A stretch of 64,000 bases of DNA from Woeseia sp. (GCA_019653755.1 BPCL01000004.1:5524-69523), one strand, 5' to 3'; positions 1 through 9,652 are shown, counted from the first letter of the stretch. Numbers and translations are program-made. Notes: generated by a model from the letters alone, not told the origin.

Positions 1-87
1 GTTTGTTTCGCGGGGAAAGGGTACATCCGAGTAGTTCGGACGAAGAAGAACATCATCAAATGTTAAGGCCAGTTTCTCTGTTGTCAT
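1..87 (-). CDS. guaB: IMP dehydrogenase, first 29 codons only (gene runs off the left edge)
   Basis: The reverse complement reads GGAG, 6 nt, ATG, then MTTEKLALTFDDVLLRPNYSDVPFPRETN. This matches the conserved GuaB N-terminus (ALTFDDVLL.P). It is divergent from xseA, as in E. coli. Confidence 0.75.
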   Translation of the reverse strand, partial: MTTEKLALTFDDVLLRPNYSDVPFPRETN

Positions 88-189
88 TGACATCTCCATT
101 TATCACTATGGATTTGTCAAAGGCATTTTACACTCATGGCTCAATTTGTAAACCGAGAGCTTTGGCTTCTTGTATAATTAAAAAGCTAT

Positions 190-936
190 ATGGACTCTGA
201 TATTTCACAAGAACACATCTACACCGTTTCAGAACTCAACGATGAAGTCTCGGGTCTGCTTAGTTCTAATTTTGGAATTGTTTGGATTGAGGGTGAGATC
301 TCAAACTACATGAAATCAGCGGCTGGGCATGCCTATTTCTCACTCAAAGACTCAGACTCTAGTGTCCGATGCGCAATGTTTAGAATACAAAATCAATCGA
401 TTGGTTTTGCTATGGAAGACGGACAACATATCCTAGCTAAAGCTAAAGTCGGGCTTTATCAAGCCCGTGGGGAATACCAATTGGTGATTGAGTATGCCGA
501 GCAAGCTGGTGAGGGTTTACTTCGTCAAAAATTTGAACTGTTAAAAAATAAACTCCAATCGGAAGGATTGTTTGATCCAGTTCACAAACAATCACTGCCT
601 TATATTCCAAATAAGGTCGGGATTATTTCATCACCAAAAGGGGCGGCTATTCAAGATATCTTCAACACTATTAAACGACGATTTAGCCTGGTTGAATTAT
701 TGGTTTACCCAACCATGGTGCAAGGCAAAGAAGCAAGTTATCAAATTTGTCAGGCTATAGCATCAGCCAATCAGGACAGTCAATGTTCTGTGATTATATT
801 AGCTAGAGGTGGAGGCTCACTGGAGGATTTATGGTGTTTCAATGATGAAGAAGGGTTTCGCGATCAATTTTCAACTCAAAAATACCGATTGTTACGGGTA
901 TTGGTCATGAAACCGATGTCACCATTGCTGATATGA
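190..936 (+). CDS. xseA: Exodeoxyribonuclease VII large subunit, N-terminal part (frame breaks near 853-855)
   Basis: N-terminal OB-fold region ([16 protein letters not shown]) followed by [17 protein letters not shown]. After FNDEE the frame loses XseA similarity and runs to a stop at 936. Confidence 0.85.
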   Translation: MDSDISQEHIYTVSELNDEVSGLLSSNFGIVWIEGEISNYMKSAAGHAYFSLKDSDSSVRCAMFRIQNQSIGFAMEDGQHILAKAKVGLYQARGEYQLVIEYAEQAGEGLLRQKFELLKNKLQSEGLFDPVHKQSLPYIPNKVGIISSPKGAAIQDIFNTIKRRFSLVELLVYPTMVQGKEASYQICQAIASANQDSQCSVIILARGGGSLEDLWCFNDEEGFRDQFSTQKYRLLRVLVMKPMSPLLI

Positions 937-1550
937 TAGCCGATGTTAGAGCGCCAACTCCCACAGCTGCAGCAGAAATAGTACTGCCCGATAAATCAGA
1001 AATACAAAAAACACTCTCGAGCTTATCCAAGCAGATCACACAAAGCTTCAGCATTGCCCTAACAAACCTCCGTCATGCCTTAACTAAGAGTCATCTAAAA
1101 CTTGAAGACAATCACCCAAGAAGCAAATTACAACAACATCAACAGCGATTGGATTTTATTCTTGAAAGAATAAAAGCCACGCCTAAAACCTATGCGGATA
1201 ACCTTCGTTTAAGACTCAATGACGATCACAACTCGCTGTCCCTTGTTAACCCAAAATTTTCTATTGATACCATGCAACAAGACTTGCGATTAAAACAAAA
1301 TAACTTGCTGTCACTCACGGAAAATCTCTTAAAGGTTAAAGAAAAGCGATTCTCAATTGTCCTAGCAAAGCTTGAAGGCAGTTCACCGTTAACTTCTCTT
1401 TCTAGGGGTTATGCCTATATCACTGACAAAGACACTGGTAAAAATATCAGGTCAATTGACTCACTGAAGAAGGGTTCAATCTTATCCACACGCATCAAGG
1501 ACGGGTTATTTGAATCAAGTGTTACTCGCATCAAAAAGATAAAAGACTAG
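933..1550 (+). CDS. xseA: Exodeoxyribonuclease VII large subunit, C-terminal part (this frame is XseA-like from about 855)
   Basis: Read upstream of the called Met, this frame gives [41 protein letters not shown]. That is the XseA catalytic GHETD motif region. A coiled-coil C-terminus follows. Confidence 0.85.
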   Translation: MIADVRAPTPTAAAEIVLPDKSEIQKTLSSLSKQITQSFSIALTNLRHALTKSHLKLEDNHPRSKLQQHQQRLDFILERIKATPKTYADNLRLRLNDDHNSLSLVNPKFSIDTMQQDLRLKQNNLLSLTENLLKVKEKRFSIVLAKLEGSSPLTSLSRGYAYITDKDTGKNIRSIDSLKKGSILSTRIKDGLFESSVTRIKKIKD

Positions 1551-2947
1551 GAACGTTTCTTTCTCAAGCGAATAATTCGTCGTCTCTTTTTCCATTGCCT
1601 AGAGCTCAACTTGTTCTTCCTCTCAGAATAAGGGTTCTTACTGTCTTTAAAAAATAACTTTATTGGTGTTCCCAACAAAGAAAATCTGGTCCTTATTTGA
1701 CCTTCAATAAATCTCTTATAATTGTCTCTCAATTTTTTTGTCTGATTACCATAAATGATAAAGGTCGGTGGTTGCACCCCACCTTGATGTGCATACTTGA
1801 GCTTAATTCTTCGACCTTGAACATAAGGCGGTGGGTCTGTTTCCATTAGTCCATCAATCAACTTAGATAGCTCAGATGTTGCGACTGATTGCATAGCATT
1901 GTCAGCTGCATTCATTGCCAATTTAAGTGATTCCTTAATCCCTTTACCATCTTTTGCTGAAATAAATTCTATATCAGCATAGGATACAAACTTTAGTTTC
2001 CTTTTTATTTGTCGGTCAAGGTTTTCTAGATCTTCTTCATTCAGTAAGTCGCGTTTATTAATAGCAATGGTTAAAGCACGTCCAGAATTAAGTATCAAAC
2101 CAATCAAGGATAGATCCTGATCAGTAATACCCTCGCTGCCATCGATCATAACAATAACTGCATCCGATAAATCCAGTGCTTGCAATGCTTTAACAATGCT
2201 AAATTTTTCTATGGTTTCTTCCACTTTCTTTTTTCGTCGAATGCCTGCGGTATCAATCAGTACAAGATCTTTTTTGCCAAATTGGTAGTTAATGAAAATA
2301 CTGTCTCTGGTGGTCCCGGGTTGGTCTTCTGTCAATAATCGATCCTCTTTGATCAGGGAGTTTATGTATGTCGATTTACCAACATTTGGTCTACCGATTA
2401 GAGCAACAGAAATAAGATCTTCAGGTAGTTCCTCAATCTCTGAGATTGCTTGATCCAGGGTGAGACTTTCTGAGATTAGATCAACTAAACTCTGGCAATG
2501 ATCGCCTCGCAGTGCTGAAACACTTAGAGTGTCTTTAAAGCCTAAGGCATAAAAATCAGAAGCTAAGCCTTGATCGTCCATCCCTTCAGTCTTATTGATG
2601 ACCAAAACCATATTTTTGTTCTTTTTTCTTAAACGTTGGGCTATCTCTTGATCACTATTGGTTAAGCCTTCACGTCCATCAACGACAAACAATAACAAGT
2701 CTGATTCCTCAATAGCTTGGTCAGTTTGTTGATTGATTACCTGAGATAGATCGCCATGGTCATGCTCTAAACCACCGGTATCTATAAGAATAATTTCATT
2801 TTCATCTTTAACAATATGACCGTAGATCCGGTCTCTTGTTAAGCCATGAAAATCAGCAACCAATGCATCTTCTGTTTTGGTGAGTTGATTAAAGAGGGAG
2901 GATTTTCCGACGTTAGGTCTTCCAACAATTGCGACTACTGGTAACAT
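1547..2947 (-). CDS. der: Ribosome-associated GTPase Der/EngA (two tandem GTPase domains plus KH-like C-terminus)
   Basis: Two P-loops are present ([12 protein letters not shown] and [12 protein letters not shown]), each followed by DTGG/DTAG and NK.D motifs. The C-terminal tail is basic. The der-bamB-yfgM-hisS gene order is conserved. Confidence 0.95.
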   Translation of the reverse strand: MLPVVAIVGRPNVGKSSLFNQLTKTEDALVADFHGLTRDRIYGHIVKDENEIILIDTGGLEHDHGDLSQVINQQTDQAIEESDLLLFVVDGREGLTNSDQEIAQRLRKKNKNMVLVINKTEGMDDQGLASDFYALGFKDTLSVSALRGDHCQSLVDLISESLTLDQAISEIEELPEDLISVALIGRPNVGKSTYINSLIKEDRLLTEDQPGTTRDSIFINYQFGKKDLVLIDTAGIRRKKKVEETIEKFSIVKALQALDLSDAVIVMIDGSEGITDQDLSLIGLILNSGRALTIAINKRDLLNEEDLENLDRQIKRKLKFVSYADIEFISAKDGKGIKESLKLAMNAADNAMQSVATSELSKLIDGLMETDPPPYVQGRRIKLKYAHQGGVQPPTFIIYGNQTKKLRDNYKRFIEGQIRTRFSLLGTPIKLFFKDSKNPYSERKNKLSSRQWKKRRRIIRLRKKRS

Positions 2948-2967
2948 GATTTGACCTCCTCATACTA

Positions 2968-4122
2968 TCAACTTGAAGAGAAAGTTTTAACTGCAACCAA
3001 ATCGCCGCCATCGGTTTGAACAAGAACCGTATCATCAACAACTATCGGAGTTGAAGAGATTTTATCCGAACCGATACTAATTCTTTGCTGGGTCTCACCT
3101 GATTCTTTGTTTAACCAATGCAGATAACCCTCTAGATCTCCTATGACTATGGAGTTCCCAACAATTGCAGGCGCTGTGGGATATCGATTTAGCAGGTTCT
3201 CTTTTTTCCAGATCTCTCGGCCAGTAAATCGAGATAGCGCCATAACCGTGCCATCAGCTTGAGAGACAAAAACAGCATCATCACTAACGGCCATGCCCGA
3301 ATAGATAGACGCCTCAGTTAGCCAAATAATATCTCCAGATTCGAGCGCTAATGCTGCTAGAGCTCCTTGATAACTTCCAGCATAGAGTTCATTGCCAACC
3401 ACCACGATAGGTGCATCAATATCTATGACCTTCTCGATTTCTGTTCGCCCCCCTGGAGGAGTCAACATCGTTTCCCACAAAAGGGCACCATCGATTAAAT
3501 CATAAGCGGTCACTTTTCCGTCATCAAAACCGCTTATCACCGCATTTGCAAATGTTGCAGGACTCGAGGTGCCGCGTAAACTTAATCGAGGAACTTTATG
3601 GTTTGCAATCCACAGCAATGAACCGTCCTCAGCTGCATAAGCGGATAAGTTTCCGTCTACAGAACGGACAAAGACTTGATTGTTTCTAATAGCTGCCGGA
3701 GCTAGAATCTCACTGCTCACTGAGGCTTCCCATAAAAGATTACCGGTCATTGAATCTATATTGATCAACTCTCCATTATTGGTTCCCAAAATTAGAATTC
3801 CATCTTTGTAAGTCGGTCCTGCAGTAAAAGATAGATCAAAGCTTCTGTCCCAAACTTTTCTTCCATTGCTCAAATTTAGAGCCACAACATTACCGTTAAA
3901 ACTTGCTGCGTAGACCACTTCTCCATCAGACGCTGGAAGCAACCCAACCCCTAATCCTTCATGACTTTTACCGACAGAGGTTTTCCAATCTCTATCAACT
4001 TCAACTGTTTCTATAAAATCAATCAACTCAGCAGGTAATAAAGACTCATCCTCATCATCTCCACCAAATAAGGAGCATCCCTGAATAAGAGATAGCATGA
4101 GCAGTAACGACAGTCCCTTCAT
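2968..4122 (-). CDS. bamB: Outer membrane protein assembly factor BamB (PQQ-like beta-propeller lipoprotein)
   Basis: Lipoprotein signal MKGLSLLLMLSLIQGC, then repeated propeller blades of the G.V.A.D..TG..LW type. Position between yfgM and der is conserved. The ORF is open to a GTG at 4173, but the ATG at 4122 gives a normal signal peptide. Confidence 0.85.
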   Translation of the reverse strand: MKGLSLLLMLSLIQGCSLFGGDDEDESLLPAELIDFIETVEVDRDWKTSVGKSHEGLGVGLLPASDGEVVYAASFNGNVVALNLSNGRKVWDRSFDLSFTAGPTYKDGILILGTNNGELINIDSMTGNLLWEASVSSEILAPAAIRNNQVFVRSVDGNLSAYAAEDGSLLWIANHKVPRLSLRGTSSPATFANAVISGFDDGKVTAYDLIDGALLWETMLTPPGGRTEIEKVIDIDAPIVVVGNELYAGSYQGALAALALESGDIIWLTEASIYSGMAVSDDAVFVSQADGTVMALSRFTGREIWKKENLLNRYPTAPAIVGNSIVIGDLEGYLHWLNKESGETQQRISIGSDKISSTPIVVDDTVLVQTDGGDLVAVKTFSSS

Positions 4123-4169
4123 GCATTGATTAGGAATTGTAATGATTGATAGTTGTTTTACTTCTGTGT

Positions 4170-4433
4170 TCACGAGTTGTCTGAGGGATTTACTTGAATT
4201 TGATCAGATTTCATCTTAATAAAATCAAAGTCAAAGTTACCAGGCTCCAATGACTCAAGTGCCATTGAATAGGCTGATTTAGCCTTATCTAATAGACCTT
4301 GAGAGGTATAAATATCACCCTTAACTGATTGATAGTAAGGGGCATAGGCATCCGGTATCATACTGACCGAACCTAGCAGGAGTAAGGCCTGATCTAATTG
4401 ATTCTGTTCAACCATAATTCTAGCTATTCTCAA
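4170..4433 (-). CDS. yfgM: YfgM-like TPR membrane protein, C-terminal part
   Basis: The upstream extension of this frame reads LRIARIMVEQNQLDQALLLL, a YfgM-like TPR helix. It is contiguous with the 4430..4822 ORF in a different frame. Confidence 0.65.
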   Translation of the reverse strand: MRIARIMVEQNQLDQALLLLGSVSMIPDAYAPYYQSVKGDIYTSQGLLDKAKSAYSMALESLEPGNFDFDFIKMKSDQIQVNPSDNS

Positions 4434-4822
4434 TCTGCAATGTGTTTAAAAGATTCATCAGAAGCATTATCCATAACAAACTCGAGCTGGATAATGGCGT
4501 TATCATAATCTAGTGTATCCATATGAAGTTTTGCTAAGGCAAGATGGCTTTGATATTGGTAAGGACTGTCAGAAAAATTATTGTCCATTTCTTGAAGAAG
4601 ATTTTGTGCTTGTGATATTCGTTGCTGCTTGAGAGCAAATTCAATTTCAGCATAAAGCCTCGAGGCATTTTCATAACCTCGAAGTTTATCTTTTTGGTAG
4701 AACTGCAAACCAAAATAGCCTGAAATACCAAGAGCAATTGAAAGAAGAATGCTCATGCCATTGTCCTTGAGCCACTTCTTAACAATCTCTGCTTGTTGTT
4801 GATCTGTTAAATTATCGTCCAT
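4430..4822 (-). CDS. yfgM: YfgM-like TPR membrane protein, N-terminal part (single TM anchor)
   Basis: The N-terminus is QQQAEIVKKWLKDNGMSILLSIALGISGYFGLQFY (TM helix), followed by TPR-like helices. Position between hisS and bamB is conserved. Confidence 0.7.
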   Translation of the reverse strand: MDDNLTDQQQAEIVKKWLKDNGMSILLSIALGISGYFGLQFYQKDKLRGYENASRLYAEIEFALKQQRISQAQNLLQEMDNNFSDSPYQYQSHLALAKLHMDTLDYDNAIIQLEFVMDNASDESFKHIAD

Positions 4823-4838
4823 TTATTGCGTTCCTTTT

Positions 4839-6110
4839 TTAGCCAAAGAATTCATCGAGTTGCCCGATCAGCTCTTCTTGTTTGACAGTTTTCTGTTCGC
4901 CGTCGCTTTTAAGAGGCTTAAGACTAACAGTGCCCTGCTCTATTTCTTGCTCACCAACTATAATTGCCAACTCAGCTCCAGATTTATCTGCCCTCCTAAA
5001 CTGCTGCTTAAAATTTCCTCCGTCCATATTTACCTCAACAGTGTAATTCTGATTCTCATCTCTAATGGTCTCTGCCATTATGCTGGCGTGTATCTCTGCA
5101 CCCTCACCAACTGCTACAATGTAAATTTTTGGCTGGCTATTTTCTGCTTTTTCTACAGAGAGTTCAACCAATTCAGTTAATCTTTCCATACCAATAGCAC
5201 AACCAATACCACAAATGTCTTTGCCGCCAAGCTGTTCAACCAAGCCGTCATAGCGTCCACCGCCGCAAACAGTAGCTTGTGAGCCTAATTGATCCGAAGT
5301 CCACTCAAAGACTGTTTTGGTGTAATAATCAAGGCCTCTGACCAGATTTGGATTTAATTTATAATCGATACTATGTGATTCCAGAGCTTTGAGCAGGATT
5401 GAGAAATGTTGCTTGGATTCATCGTCGAGATAATCTGTAATTTTTGGAGCATTTAAAATTAAAGTCTTCATGTCAGGGTTCTTACTATCCAGTATTCTCA
5501 TTGGATTTGTTTTTAAACGAGTCATTGAATCTTCATCGAGTGAGCGTTTGTGATCAGTAAAATAATCGACCAAAGCTTCTCGGTAAACCTGTCTTGATGC
5601 TGGGGTACCTAGTGAATTAATTTCAAGCTGAATCGAATTAATACCCAAGGCTTTCCATATTCTTGCTGTCATAAGAATGATTTCTAAATCAATTTCAGGT
5701 CCTTGATACCCAAATGCCTCCATATTGATTTGATGAAACTGCCTATAACGACCTTTTTGCGGTCTCTCATATCTGTACATTGGGCCCATAGACCATAGTT
5801 TTTGGGTTTGATTATAAAATAATCCATGCTCAATCCCTGCTCTAACAACCCCTGCTGTTGCCTCCGGTCTAAGAGTTAAGGATTGATCTTTCCGATCTTT
5901 AAATGAATACATTTCTTTAGAAACAACATCAGTGCTCTCACCGATGGTTCTTTGGAATAATTCTGTTCGCTCAACAATTGGTGTCCGAATCTCTCTAAAC
6001 GCATAAGCGTTCATCACTTGCTTAACTTGAGACTCGACAAACTGCCATTTAACCAACTCTTCAGGCAAAAGGGTCGGCATCCCTCTAATCGATTTTATCT
6101 GGTCGCTCAA
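4839..6110 (-). CDS. hisS: Histidine--tRNA ligase
   Basis: Carries IRGMPTLLPEE, class II aaRS motifs (FRYERPQKGRYRQFHQ, GGGRYDGL) and a C-terminal anticodon-binding domain. The ORF is open to 6140. A TTG at 6110 gives (M)SDQIKSIRGM, the usual spacing before RGM. Confidence 0.93.
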   Translation of the reverse strand: MSDQIKSIRGMPTLLPEELVKWQFVESQVKQVMNAYAFREIRTPIVERTELFQRTIGESTDVVSKEMYSFKDRKDQSLTLRPEATAGVVRAGIEHGLFYNQTQKLWSMGPMYRYERPQKGRYRQFHQINMEAFGYQGPEIDLEIILMTARIWKALGINSIQLEINSLGTPASRQVYREALVDYFTDHKRSLDEDSMTRLKTNPMRILDSKNPDMKTLILNAPKITDYLDDESKQHFSILLKALESHSIDYKLNPNLVRGLDYYTKTVFEWTSDQLGSQATVCGGGRYDGLVEQLGGKDICGIGCAIGMERLTELVELSVEKAENSQPKIYIVAVGEGAEIHASIMAETIRDENQNYTVEVNMDGGNFKQQFRRADKSGAELAIIVGEQEIEQGTVSLKPLKSDGEQKTVKQEELIGQLDEFFG

Positions 6111-6114
6111 ATCC

Positions 6115-6234
6115 TTAATTGTGAGAGAAATACATTCCAACCAGGGTTACCAGGAACAAGACCACACAAGCAATGGAAATTATCTTCAATGCGACCATGT
6201 GCTCTGGGATATTTGAATTTGAATTGTCAGACAT
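6115..6234 (-). CDS. Small hydrophobic protein, 39 aa (not in the ORF track)
   Basis: AGGAG lies 6 nt upstream of the ATG at 6234. Translation is MSDNSNSNIPEHMVALKIISIACVVLFLVTLVGMYFSHN*, with one predicted TM helix. The stop lies 5 nt before the likely hisS TTG start. Confidence 0.45.
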   Translation of the reverse strand: MSDNSNSNIPEHMVALKIISIACVVLFLVTLVGMYFSHN

Positions 6235-6282
6235 ACTTCACTCCTCTTATTTATCTATATGGTTATACAATAATAACTTTAT

Positions 6283-7368
6283 TTAATGCATTTGTTTTTT
6301 GAGCTTTTCCCTTAGTGTCTTCTTTGCTAAATTTCTGACACTCCCAGACAGTTGCCCACAGGCTGCTTGAATATCTTCACCTCGTGTTCTCCTTGTAATA
6401 GTCATTATTCCAGATTCCAATAAGATATTCCTGAATTCATTGATTTTTTTGGCTTCTGTTGATTCAAACTTTACCCCGGGAAAAGTGTTAAAAGGAATTA
6501 AATTAATTTTTGCAGGTTTGCCCCTAAGCAATCTAGCAAGCTTTCTTGCATTTTCCTTTGAGTCGTTAACTCCTTTAAGCATGGTGTATTCAAAAGTCAC
6601 TGTTTTTAAATTTTGTTTTCTTGCGTATAGCCAGCACGCATCAAGCAACTCTTCAATAGGGTGCTTTCGGTTAATAGGAACCAATTCATCACGTAGTTTA
6701 TTACTCGGAGCATGCAATGATATTGCGAGTGCAACGCCCACTTCGTCACCTAATTTATGCAATTGTGGAACTAGACCAGATGTGCTTACAGTAATTCGTC
6801 GTCTTGAAATATTGAATCCCTGTGGATCATTGAGGATTTTTATCGACTTTATTACCTCTGGATAGTTTGCTAGAGGTTCTCCCATACCCATAAAAACCAC
6901 ATTTGTAATTCTCTTTTCAGAGCCCAGGCTTTCTTTAGCAACAAGGATTTGCCCAATGATTTCATGTGCCTTTAAATTTCGATTAAACCCTTGATGACCA
7001 GTAGCACAGAAGGGGCAGTCGATTAAACATCCGATTTGACTTGAAATGCATAATGTTCCTCTTGATTCTTCGGGAATAAAAACGGTTTCGATGATTTGTT
7101 GATCTTGTTTTTCAATTAACCATTTTACGGTTCCATCTTTAGAGAAATCAGTTCTATTTGAATTATCAAACCCCAAAGTACAATTCTCATTGAGATACTC
7201 TCTCAGGTTAAAATTAAAATTGGTCATTAAATTAAAATCATAGACGCCCTTAGCATAGATCCACTGCATCAGTTGTTTTGCTCTATAGTTCTTCTCCTCG
7301 ATACCTTGAAAGAACTCTTGCAACTCACTTTGAGGGAGCCCTAGAAGATTATTTTGAATTTGACTCAA
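6283..7368 (-). CDS. rlmN: Dual-specificity RNA methyltransferase RlmN (radical SAM)
   Basis: Radical-SAM cluster motif CLIDCPFCATG, MGMGEPLAN, and the C-terminal catalytic Cys region AACGQL. Sits next to ndk as in E. coli. Confidence 0.93.
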   Translation of the reverse strand: MSQIQNNLLGLPQSELQEFFQGIEEKNYRAKQLMQWIYAKGVYDFNLMTNFNFNLREYLNENCTLGFDNSNRTDFSKDGTVKWLIEKQDQQIIETVFIPEESRGTLCISSQIGCLIDCPFCATGHQGFNRNLKAHEIIGQILVAKESLGSEKRITNVVFMGMGEPLANYPEVIKSIKILNDPQGFNISRRRITVSTSGLVPQLHKLGDEVGVALAISLHAPSNKLRDELVPINRKHPIEELLDACWLYARKQNLKTVTFEYTMLKGVNDSKENARKLARLLRGKPAKINLIPFNTFPGVKFESTEAKKINEFRNILLESGIMTITRRTRGEDIQAACGQLSGSVRNLAKKTLREKLKKQMH

Positions 7369-7374
7369 CTGTGA

Positions 7375-7773
7375 TTAACCAAAAAAGAAACTGATCTCTT
7401 CTTTAGCGGTGTCAGGCCCATCGGAGCCATGAACTGTATTTTTCTCTATGCTGGTAGCAAAGTCTTTTCTGATGGTGCCTTCATCAGCTTCGGCAGGATT
7501 AGTGGCGCCCATTAATTCTCGATTTCTCTCTATGGCATTTTCACCTTCTAGAACTTGAACCATAACTGGTCCTGAGATCATATAATCAACTAAATCATTA
7601 AAAAAAGGTCTCTCTTTATGCACGGCATAAAATCCTTCAGCTTGTTCACGAGTTAAGTGCAACATTTTTGCCTCAATTATAGTTAATCCTGAATCTTCGA
7701 AACGTTTATAAATTTCTCCAATGACATTTTTTTCAACGCCATCTGGTTTGATAATTGAAAGTGTTCTTTCCAT
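7375..7773 (-). CDS. ndk: Nucleoside diphosphate kinase
   Basis: [13 protein letters not shown]..., catalytic-His motif NTVHGSDG, and typical length. Confidence 0.95.
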   Translation of the reverse strand: MERTLSIIKPDGVEKNVIGEIYKRFEDSGLTIIEAKMLHLTREQAEGFYAVHKERPFFNDLVDYMISGPVMVQVLEGENAIERNRELMGATNPAEADEGTIRKDFATSIEKNTVHGSDGPDTAKEEISFFFG

Positions 7774-7790
7774 GTTGAAATCCTCTTTAG

Positions 7791-8114
7791 TTAAACACTA
7801 AAACTTTCGCCGCAACCGCATTCACCAGTTGCATTTGGATTCTTGAATTTAAACACCTGGTTTAGCCCTTCATCGATGAAGTCGATCTCCGTGCCCTGGA
7901 TTAAGCTCATACTGTCAGGATCAACAAAAATAGAGATGTCAGATATTTTGATCAGCTTGTCCTGATCATTTACTTCACCAGCATAATCCAAGAGGTATGA
8001 GTATCCATTACACCCGGTTGATTTTATGCTGATTCTTAACCCAATAGCATCTGGCTGACCAGAGAGATTATCTCTGAATCTCTTAATTGCTTTGTCTGTT
8101 ACTGATAAATCCAT
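7791..8114 (-). CDS. iscA: Iron-sulfur cluster insertion protein, IscA/ErpA (HesB) family
   Basis: Conserved Cys at STGCNGYSY and the C-terminal CGCGESFSV signature. 107 aa. Confidence 0.85.
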   Translation of the reverse strand: MDLSVTDKAIKRFRDNLSGQPDAIGLRISIKSTGCNGYSYLLDYAGEVNDQDKLIKISDISIFVDPDSMSLIQGTEIDFIDEGLNQVFKFKNPNATGECGCGESFSV

Positions 8115-8117
8115 GTT

Positions 8118-8438
8118 TTAACCTTTTTCAATGTGTTTTATACAATCTTTTACTGCATCTTCCAACAAAAAAAGTCGATCTTTCTTATTTTTAGGTAAGT
8201 CAACTGCCTCTGCCAATGATAAATAATCGAACTCTTGGAGAATAGTAGTGTCATTTCCTATGATTTTTTTTATCAATAATGATGTCAGTCCAATCAAGTG
8301 AGGACAACCAGAAACTTGGTATCTAGCATCATGAATTGAGTCTGTTTCCAATTTGATAAATATCTTAACATTCATCCCAGTCTGATTTTTTGAATGCCCT
8401 ACTAAATAACTCTTTAAGTCATCATTACTCTGTAGCAC
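8118..8438 (-). CDS. Divergent IscU/NifU-N-like protein (keeps only one of the three canonical Cys ligands)
   Basis: Aligns by eye to the IscU core: IHDARYQVSGCPHLIGLTSLL against IEDARFKTYGCGSAIASSSLV, and LPKNKKDRLFLLEDAVKDCI against LPPVKIHCSILAEDAIKAAI. It sits at the iscU position between iscS and iscA. Confidence 0.5.
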   Translation of the reverse strand: MLQSNDDLKSYLVGHSKNQTGMNVKIFIKLETDSIHDARYQVSGCPHLIGLTSLLIKKIIGNDTTILQEFDYLSLAEAVDLPKNKKDRLFLLEDAVKDCIKHIEKG

Positions 8439-8481
8439 CTTATCTCTGTTAAGAAATGCCTCCCTTAGAATTCAGCTTGGC

Positions 8482-9651
8482 TCATAGGGTTTCTCCACTG
8501 ACCAATCTTAAGTGCTCTGATGCGGCTCTTACAGAAGACGATGCTCTTTCTATATCTTGGTGTAAGGTTTTTCGACCAAAACTAATGCGTATGGTGCCGT
8601 TAATTTCTGCTTGGGAAAGGCCCATAGATTTAAGCACATGTGAAGGTTCATCGCTATCGGTGGCGCAAGCAGAACCTTTAGAAACAGCTAAGTCATCCAT
8701 GGCAAATATTAAGCTGTCTGCGTTTAAATCTGGAAAACATAGACTGATAATACCTGGGTAGGCGTTCTTGGGATCACCATTGATCTTTAGCCCTTCTATA
8801 TCTTTAATAGATTCTAGAAATAATTCTCTGCATTTAGACAAGTGTATGTGATCTTTTTGCATAGAAGATTTGGCTAAACGAAAGGCAGAGGCCATTCCGA
8901 CTATTTGATGGGTTGCTAATGTCCCTGGTCGCATGCCTCTTTCCTGGCCGCCCCCAAATATCAATGGCTTGAGCCGCCCCACCGTTTCATGATTAACAAA
9001 TAAAGCACCAACACCTTTTGGCCCGTATACTTTATGTGCTGATAAAGACATAAGATCAATGTTGTTTTCTCTAACATCAAGTGATAATTTTCCGTTACTC
9101 TGCGCAGCATCCACATGGAAAACAGTGCCTTTATCTCTGCATAGAGAGCCTATTAAAGCAATATCATTAGTACTACCTACTTCGTTGTTGATATGCATAC
9201 AGCTAAGCAAATCAACCCCATTATCTAGTGTCCTCGAGATCACATCGGGATCGATGTAACCATCATGATTTGGAGCAATAAATTCAACGCTATGTCCTTT
9301 TTGTTTGAGCTCCATAAGAGGCTCAATAACTGATTTATGTTCAATAAATGATGACGCGATTCTCAAAGGTCGATCTTTCATTTTAAACTCAGCAAAACCC
9401 ATAAGTGCCAGATTATTCGCCTCCGTTGCTCCAGAGGTCCAAATAATTTCATCTCCATCAGCATTAATTAATTTAGCAACATCCGTTCTTGAGGATTCAA
9501 TCAATTCATTAACTAAGCTTCCATACTCGTGATCTAAAGAAGAAGGATTGCCAAAAAGATCATTGTCTAAAACTGACTTTATGTCTGTTTTAACCTCCTC
9601 TGCAATAGGTGTGGTAGAGGCATAATCAAGATATATTTTCTTTATCGACAT
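8482..9651 (-). CDS. iscS: Cysteine desulfurase (class V aminotransferase, IscS/NifS-like)
   Basis: PLP-lysine motif SAHKVYGPKGVGALFV and catalytic Cys loop SKGSACATDSDEPSHVL. Confidence 0.88.
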   Translation of the reverse strand: MSIKKIYLDYASTTPIAEEVKTDIKSVLDNDLFGNPSSLDHEYGSLVNELIESSRTDVAKLINADGDEIIWTSGATEANNLALMGFAEFKMKDRPLRIASSFIEHKSVIEPLMELKQKGHSVEFIAPNHDGYIDPDVISRTLDNGVDLLSCMHINNEVGSTNDIALIGSLCRDKGTVFHVDAAQSNGKLSLDVRENNIDLMSLSAHKVYGPKGVGALFVNHETVGRLKPLIFGGGQERGMRPGTLATHQIVGMASAFRLAKSSMQKDHIHLSKCRELFLESIKDIEGLKINGDPKNAYPGIISLCFPDLNADSLIFAMDDLAVSKGSACATDSDEPSHVLKSMGLSQAEINGTIRISFGRKTLHQDIERASSSVRAASEHLRLVSGETL

Positions 9652-9652
9652 T

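Noticed and set aside
173-178. TATAAT hexamer upstream of xseA as a promoter -10 element
   Set aside because: There is no acceptable -35 at 16-18 nt spacing, and such hexamers are frequent by chance in this AT-rich DNA. Not reported as a feature.
3-200. 65-aa plus-strand ORF at the left edge
   Set aside because: It lies antisense to the well-supported guaB N-terminus (1-87) and across the guaB/xseA divergent promoter region. It has no Shine-Dalgarno sequence and no recognisable motif.
6211-6228. Short tandem ATTTGA repeat
   Set aside because: Only about 2.5 copies. It simply encodes the NSNSN stretch of the small ORF.
6440-6865. Long ORFs antisense to confident genes. Examples: 572-760, 4860-5180, 6440-6865, 8456-8761, 9059-9532, 21646-22002, 23229-23630, 33129-33470, 38050-38556, 45087-45762, 50063-50398, 53443-54219, 58589-59065, 59785-60180.
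   Set aside because: Each lies wholly inside a gene with strong family motifs on the opposite strand or in another frame. Their translations are low-complexity and Ser/Leu/Pro-rich with no motifs. These are typical shadow ORFs.
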